Part shown: positions 16,931 through 20,000 of the stretch, piece by piece
Position numbering within the stretch: the stretch's first letter is position 1
Layout: every line of letters starts with the position of its first letter
Origin: an uncultured virus (IMG/VR IMGVR_UViG_3300022879_000001)
Taxonomy: Duplodnaviria > Heunggongvirae > Uroviricota > Caudoviricetes
Direction: 5' to 3' (one strand)
DNA length: 20,000 bases
IMG/VR virus record: IMGVR_UViG_3300022879_000001
The notes under the pieces: generated by a model
What the model was told of the DNA's origin: nothing
Databases searched by the model: none
The model's input: only the letters and a program-made list of their open reading frames with translations
Program-made: the position numbers and the translations under genes

Positions 16931-17881
16931 ATGAGAATAGCAAAAGTGAATTTTAATCTGATTAGTAATCAACGTACAAACAAGAAGAAATATTACTTTA
17001 ACACTGATATTGAAGGTTTAGAAAAGGGTGATATTTTAGTTGTTGATAGTCAAGGTAAAGAACAATATGCAAATTTCTTAGGTTACTATGAAGGTCAACG
17101 AGAGGTATCTAAGAATGTAATACGCAAAGCAACCAACGAGGAATTAACTGATTACTGGTTGTTGGTTGAGGAAAACTTATTAAAATATCCATTATACATA
17201 TCTGATGAAGTTTATAACCAATATCGATTTGGATTCAAGAATAATTTCCAGACAAGTAAAGAAGAAGCAACTCTTAAATTGACACGAAATGTATTGCTGT
17301 CTAATAACTTTACTAAAGGCAAAATTATTAAGAATAATCATGTATTTAATTACGGTACACAAGAGATCACTGTAAAAGGAAATGAAATTGTTTCAGTAAG
17401 AATAGATATGAGTGATGTAGAATTTAATATTACAGACGAACGTAGAAAATATATAGAAAGTAAACTCAATTTAATTTCATTTGGTGAAAATAATAATGAG
17501 CATTATAAAATTAAACTACCAACAAAAGAAGAATTGACTTCTAAGGGCTTCACTAATCGAATAAAAATAAATCCCAACCAGACTGTTGAAAGTTTATCGA
17601 AGTATGGATTTAGTAATCATCATGAGCCTACTTTATATTTCTGTAAAATGCTGATCGATGAGATTTCATTTAGTATCAGTATAGATAAGAAGTCACTAGA
17701 GATCACAAACATTGATGTATTGGATGAAAATTTCTTACAACCTTATGATTATCAAGCTATTTTAATGAGAGATACAAGTTATAAATATGCAAAAATGGTG
17801 TTTGATAAAGTGGATAGTGTTATAAATAAGCTACAAAATGATGGTGTAATTGAAGGTTATACAAGAGGAATGTATATTTAG
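16931..17881 (+). CDS. Hypothetical multi-domain phage protein (316 aa)
   Basis: AAGGAG RBS; N-terminal beta-rich KKYYF...LEKGDILVVDS module. Confidence 0.8.
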   Translation: MRIAKVNFNLISNQRTNKKKYYFNTDIEGLEKGDILVVDSQGKEQYANFLGYYEGQREVSKNVIRKATNEELTDYWLLVEENLLKYPLYISDEVYNQYRFGFKNNFQTSKEEATLKLTRNVLLSNNFTKGKIIKNNHVFNYGTQEITVKGNEIVSVRIDMSDVEFNITDERRKYIESKLNLISFGENNNEHYKIKLPTKEELTSKGFTNRIKINPNQTVESLSKYGFSNHHEPTLYFCKMLIDEISFSISIDKKSLEITNIDVLDENFLQPYDYQAILMRDTSYKYAKMVFDKVDSVINKLQNDGVIEGYTRGMYI

Positions 17882-17915
17882 TTAATAAAATAATTATTTA
17901 AAGGAGTTTTAGTCA

Positions 17916-18116
17916 ATGAATGAGATCAATGACGTATACGTGGTGTTTGAGACAACCGAAGGAATCGATTGGTATGTGAGTGATTACAGCGTTACTCAAG
18001 GACAAGTTGCTGTTTCAGAACTAATAAGAGATGCGAGAAAGCTAAACAAATATGAAGCTGATTATGTTGCAGAATACTTTGGAATGCATTCATTAAAAAT
18101 CGAAGTTATGATTTAA
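17916..18116 (+). CDS. Hypothetical protein (66 aa)
   Basis: AAGGAG RBS. Confidence 0.7.
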   Translation: MNEINDVYVVFETTEGIDWYVSDYSVTQGQVAVSELIRDARKLNKYEADYVAEYFGMHSLKIEVMI

Positions 18117-18154
18117 ATAATAAGTTGATTTTATCAAAGCTAGGAGGAGTTAAT

Positions 18155-18484
18155 ATGTTACAAAAAGGAGATAAAGTAGTTGCAACTGAACATGAAAATG
18201 TTGAAGATATGCGAGGAAAAGTTTTTGAAGTAGATTACACGTATGATACAGGTAGTCAAAATTTAGTTATGTTGAAAGGCAGACATGCATTTGTATCAGA
18301 ATGTTACTTGCAAAAACGAGACGATGTTCAAGGTAAATTAAAAGAGAATGATCCTTATCACAAATACTACGACTGTATGTCATGTGGACATAGTATGAGT
18401 ACAGATGATAATAAACTAATGTGTGTGTTCTATAAAAAGCATTTTCAAGCTGATGAAGAAGCAGTTTGTGGGAATTGGAATTAA
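18155..18484 (+). CDS. SH3/KOW-like domain plus Cys-rich C-terminal domain (109 aa)
   Basis: AGGAGG RBS before ATG 18155; MLQKGDKVV...GKVFEV; CMSCGH...C...CGNW. Confidence 0.7.
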   Translation: MLQKGDKVVATEHENVEDMRGKVFEVDYTYDTGSQNLVMLKGRHAFVSECYLQKRDDVQGKLKENDPYHKYYDCMSCGHSMSTDDNKLMCVFYKKHFQADEEAVCGNWN

Positions 18485-18508
18485 ATAATATAACGATTTC
18501 AATGAAAG

Positions 18509-18724
18509 TTGGAAAGGGTGGGAGTAGTGTCAAAAACAATTAAATATGAAGTCTCCAGTGGTAGCATGTACATACAACCAAGTAGATTTGATTCATTAGA
18601 GGAAGCTGAAGCTTATTATAACGAAGAGAAGCAATGCCGAAGTTTTGGTTATATAGCTATTACAAAAGTCATTGAGGAAGTAGTTAAGCGAGAATGGATT
18701 CCAGAAATGGAGGATGAATCTTGA
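18509..18724 (+). CDS. Hypothetical protein (~65-71 aa)
   Basis: ORF with FDSLEEA motif; start may be GTG 18527. Confidence 0.65.
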   Translation: MERVGVVSKTIKYEVSSGSMYIQPSRFDSLEEAEAYYNEEKQCRSFGYIAITKVIEEVVKREWIPEMEDES

Positions 18725-19182
18725 AATTTGAACAAACGGTACAACATTATTTTGATACTATGCCTAAATTATTTCAGACACGAGTGCAGGTATTAGAGCA
18801 TTTATTTGTAGTAATAGGAAATGGTTATGACTGGATTGATGGTCAACTGGTGTATGACAGTTATTATATTAATGAGGACGAGATTGTATTAAAAAGTGGG
18901 TACAAGGCTAAACAGAACATTATTAAAGATGATTATAATTTTGTTTGGAATACAATGAATAAAGATATCGAATCAATTAGCTATCCATTATATGACACTT
19001 CAAACTTATTTACATTTACAGATGACATTAAAGAGGATTGGTTAGAAGGGGTAAGGGAAACAGTAATCCTATTGTTGCAAAGAGAGGTTGATAAAACTAG
19101 ATTTAACGATTATTTGAATGAAATGGATAAGAAGACATCTACAATGTTAAATCAATTAGCAAATAAATTAGGAATTGTATAA
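18721..19182 (+). CDS. Hypothetical protein (153 aa)
   Basis: GGAGG RBS, TTG start overlapping the previous stop; stop inside element 19179. Confidence 0.75.
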   Translation: MKFEQTVQHYFDTMPKLFQTRVQVLEHLFVVIGNGYDWIDGQLVYDSYYINEDEIVLKSGYKAKQNIIKDDYNFVWNTMNKDIESISYPLYDTSNLFTFTDDIKEDWLEGVRETVILLLQREVDKTRFNDYLNEMDKKTSTMLNQLANKLGIV

Positions 19183-19223
19183 TAGAGCGCTTTTATGAAA
19201 AATAGATAAGGTGGAATTTAATT

Positions 19224-19496
19224 ATGGGAGAAAAATTTGAGGTAGGTTATGTGGCACAAAACGAGAAGGGTCGATACCTTAATATTGCTTTTGGACAAGA
19301 TGAGATTGTTATTGGTGAATATCAAGACATTAAAATGGCGACAGTATTTGAATTTGCAGATGACATTGAAGCAGACTTAGTTTTTGATTCAGGCACTAAT
19401 CCTAAGTGGGTAAACAAAGTTGATGAGAGCTATAACATTGTTGCGAAAGTACATATTGATAATCTATACGATGCAGTTATGAATGATGATTTTTAA
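19224..19496 (+). CDS. Hypothetical acidic protein (90 aa)
   Basis: AAGGTGG RBS. Confidence 0.7.
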   Translation: MGEKFEVGYVAQNEKGRYLNIAFGQDEIVIGEYQDIKMATVFEFADDIEADLVFDSGTNPKWVNKVDESYNIVAKVHIDNLYDAVMNDDF

Positions 19497-19530
19497 TAAT
19501 AAATTACTTTTATGAAGGATGGGCGGATAA

Positions 19531-19656
19531 ATGCTTGAATTAGTTTACGTATATTTTACAGATTTACGCTTCTTTATAAAAGTCAATTTAATTTTAGGAG
19601 GAGTGTATATATTATGGAGATGCTTTGATGTAATGTCTAAATGGGGAGAAAATTAA
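19531..19656 (+). CDS. Small membrane peptide (41 aa; not in ORF track)
   Basis: MLELVYVYFTDLRFFIKVNLILGGVYILWRCFDVMSKWGEN* has a hydrophobic core and lies between elements 19496 and 19689. Confidence 0.5.
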   Translation: MLELVYVYFTDLRFFIKVNLILGGVYILWRCFDVMSKWGEN

Positions 19657-19737
19657 CCATATTGTTGAAGCCAACAAAATGGTATTGAATAATAATTTCA
19701 TTTTACAAAAACAAATACATAAAAAGGAATGTGGATT

Positions 19738-19962
19738 ATGAATAAATTAAAAGGTGAAGTAGTGTTTCGAGGAAAAGTAGTTCCAGTAGAAGTTGATATA
19801 AATTTTAATTGGTTAGGTGCTATGGGAGTAGTTATAAATCTTCCAGAAAGCCTTATACACGAAAATGACATTGTACATTTACTTGACTTCAATTTTAATC
19901 TCAAAGAAGAGACTAGACCTTTGTCAGAAGAAGATAAAAATAGATACATAAAACGAGCATAA
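19738..19962 (+). CDS. Hypothetical protein (74 aa)
   Basis: AAGGA RBS; ATG 19738. Confidence 0.65.
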   Translation: MNKLKGEVVFRGKVVPVEVDINFNWLGAMGVVINLPESLIHENDIVHLLDFNFNLKEETRPLSEEDKNRYIKRA

Positions 19963-20000
19963 TAAAAGTCATAGAAGATTGGAGGATTTGAATGTTCAAA

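Larger units (their letters stand above)
1507..19706. repeat. Dispersed family of >=27 18-bp quasi-palindromic gene-boundary elements, ATAAWA-N6-TWTTAT
   Basis: Starts (each 18 bp): 1507, 1964, 2630, 3136, 4798, 5034, 5686, 6209, 6808, 7403, 7734, 8718, 9289, 9715, 10196, 10455, 10944, 11252, 11852, 12825, 16121, 16896, 18117, 18485, 19179, 19496, 19689. Degenerate copies at 1268, 2334, 17885. All are intergenic or overlap a stop codon. Confidence 0.9.

Noticed and set aside
1507..19706. Boundary elements interpreted as a CRISPR array or as intrinsic terminators
   Set aside because: Spacing is gene-sized and irregular, and no cas genes are present. The arms are almost purely A/T with mismatches and would not form stable terminator stems. 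Real GC-stem terminators occur separately (6860, 15505).
1507..19706. Boundary elements interpreted as canonical Xer dif/pdif sites
   Set aside because: dif has ATAA-N6-TTAT with distinct XerC and XerD arms. Here the geometry is ATAA-N10-TTAT and no XerD-type TTATGTTAAA arm is present.
2372..19949. All minus-strand ORFs in the track (e.g. 2372-2617, 3682-3939, 4607-4846, 7081-7481, 14001-14183, 19698-19949)
   Set aside because: They are antisense shadows of + strand genes, with F/L/I/S-rich composition and no convincing RBS or motifs.
1..20000. tRNA, rRNA, transposase, integrase or phage structural genes
   Set aside because: No recognisable motifs found. Any recombinase or repressor acting on the repeats must be outside the window or unrecognised.

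Overview
AT-rich, gene-dense window from a low-GC Firmicute (Bacillus-like) large temperate phage/prophage or phage-plasmid. It resembles an SPbeta-like early/accessory region. About 50 mostly short genes all lie on the + strand with AGGAG-type RBSs and sigma-A-like promoters. Recognisable products are a DUF3841 protein, a tandem winged-HTH protein, a stand-alone PD-(D/E)xK nuclease with its own promoter and terminator, a lipoprotein, two DUF1653-like proteins, a frameshifted ClpX C4 zinc-finger protein, a P22-AR-N antirepressor, a Prs-like + Nampt-like pair (the NARP1 Adps/Namat NAD+-reconstitution architecture) and an ADP-ribosyltransferase-fold protein. The most striking unexplained structure is non-coding. 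At least 27 copies of an 18-bp quasi-palindrome, (A/T)T(A/G)AWA-N6-TWT(T/C)A(T/C), sit at gene ends, each with a different 6-bp spacer and often supplying the stop codon. They divide the region into cassette-like units and look like tyrosine-recombinase core sites or operators of a recombinase-fold repressor. A second strand-biased motif, AAATACATAA, lies at a fixed distance upstream of four promoters and next to many RBSs. No recombinase gene is visible in the window. All family calls come from motif recognition, not database searches.
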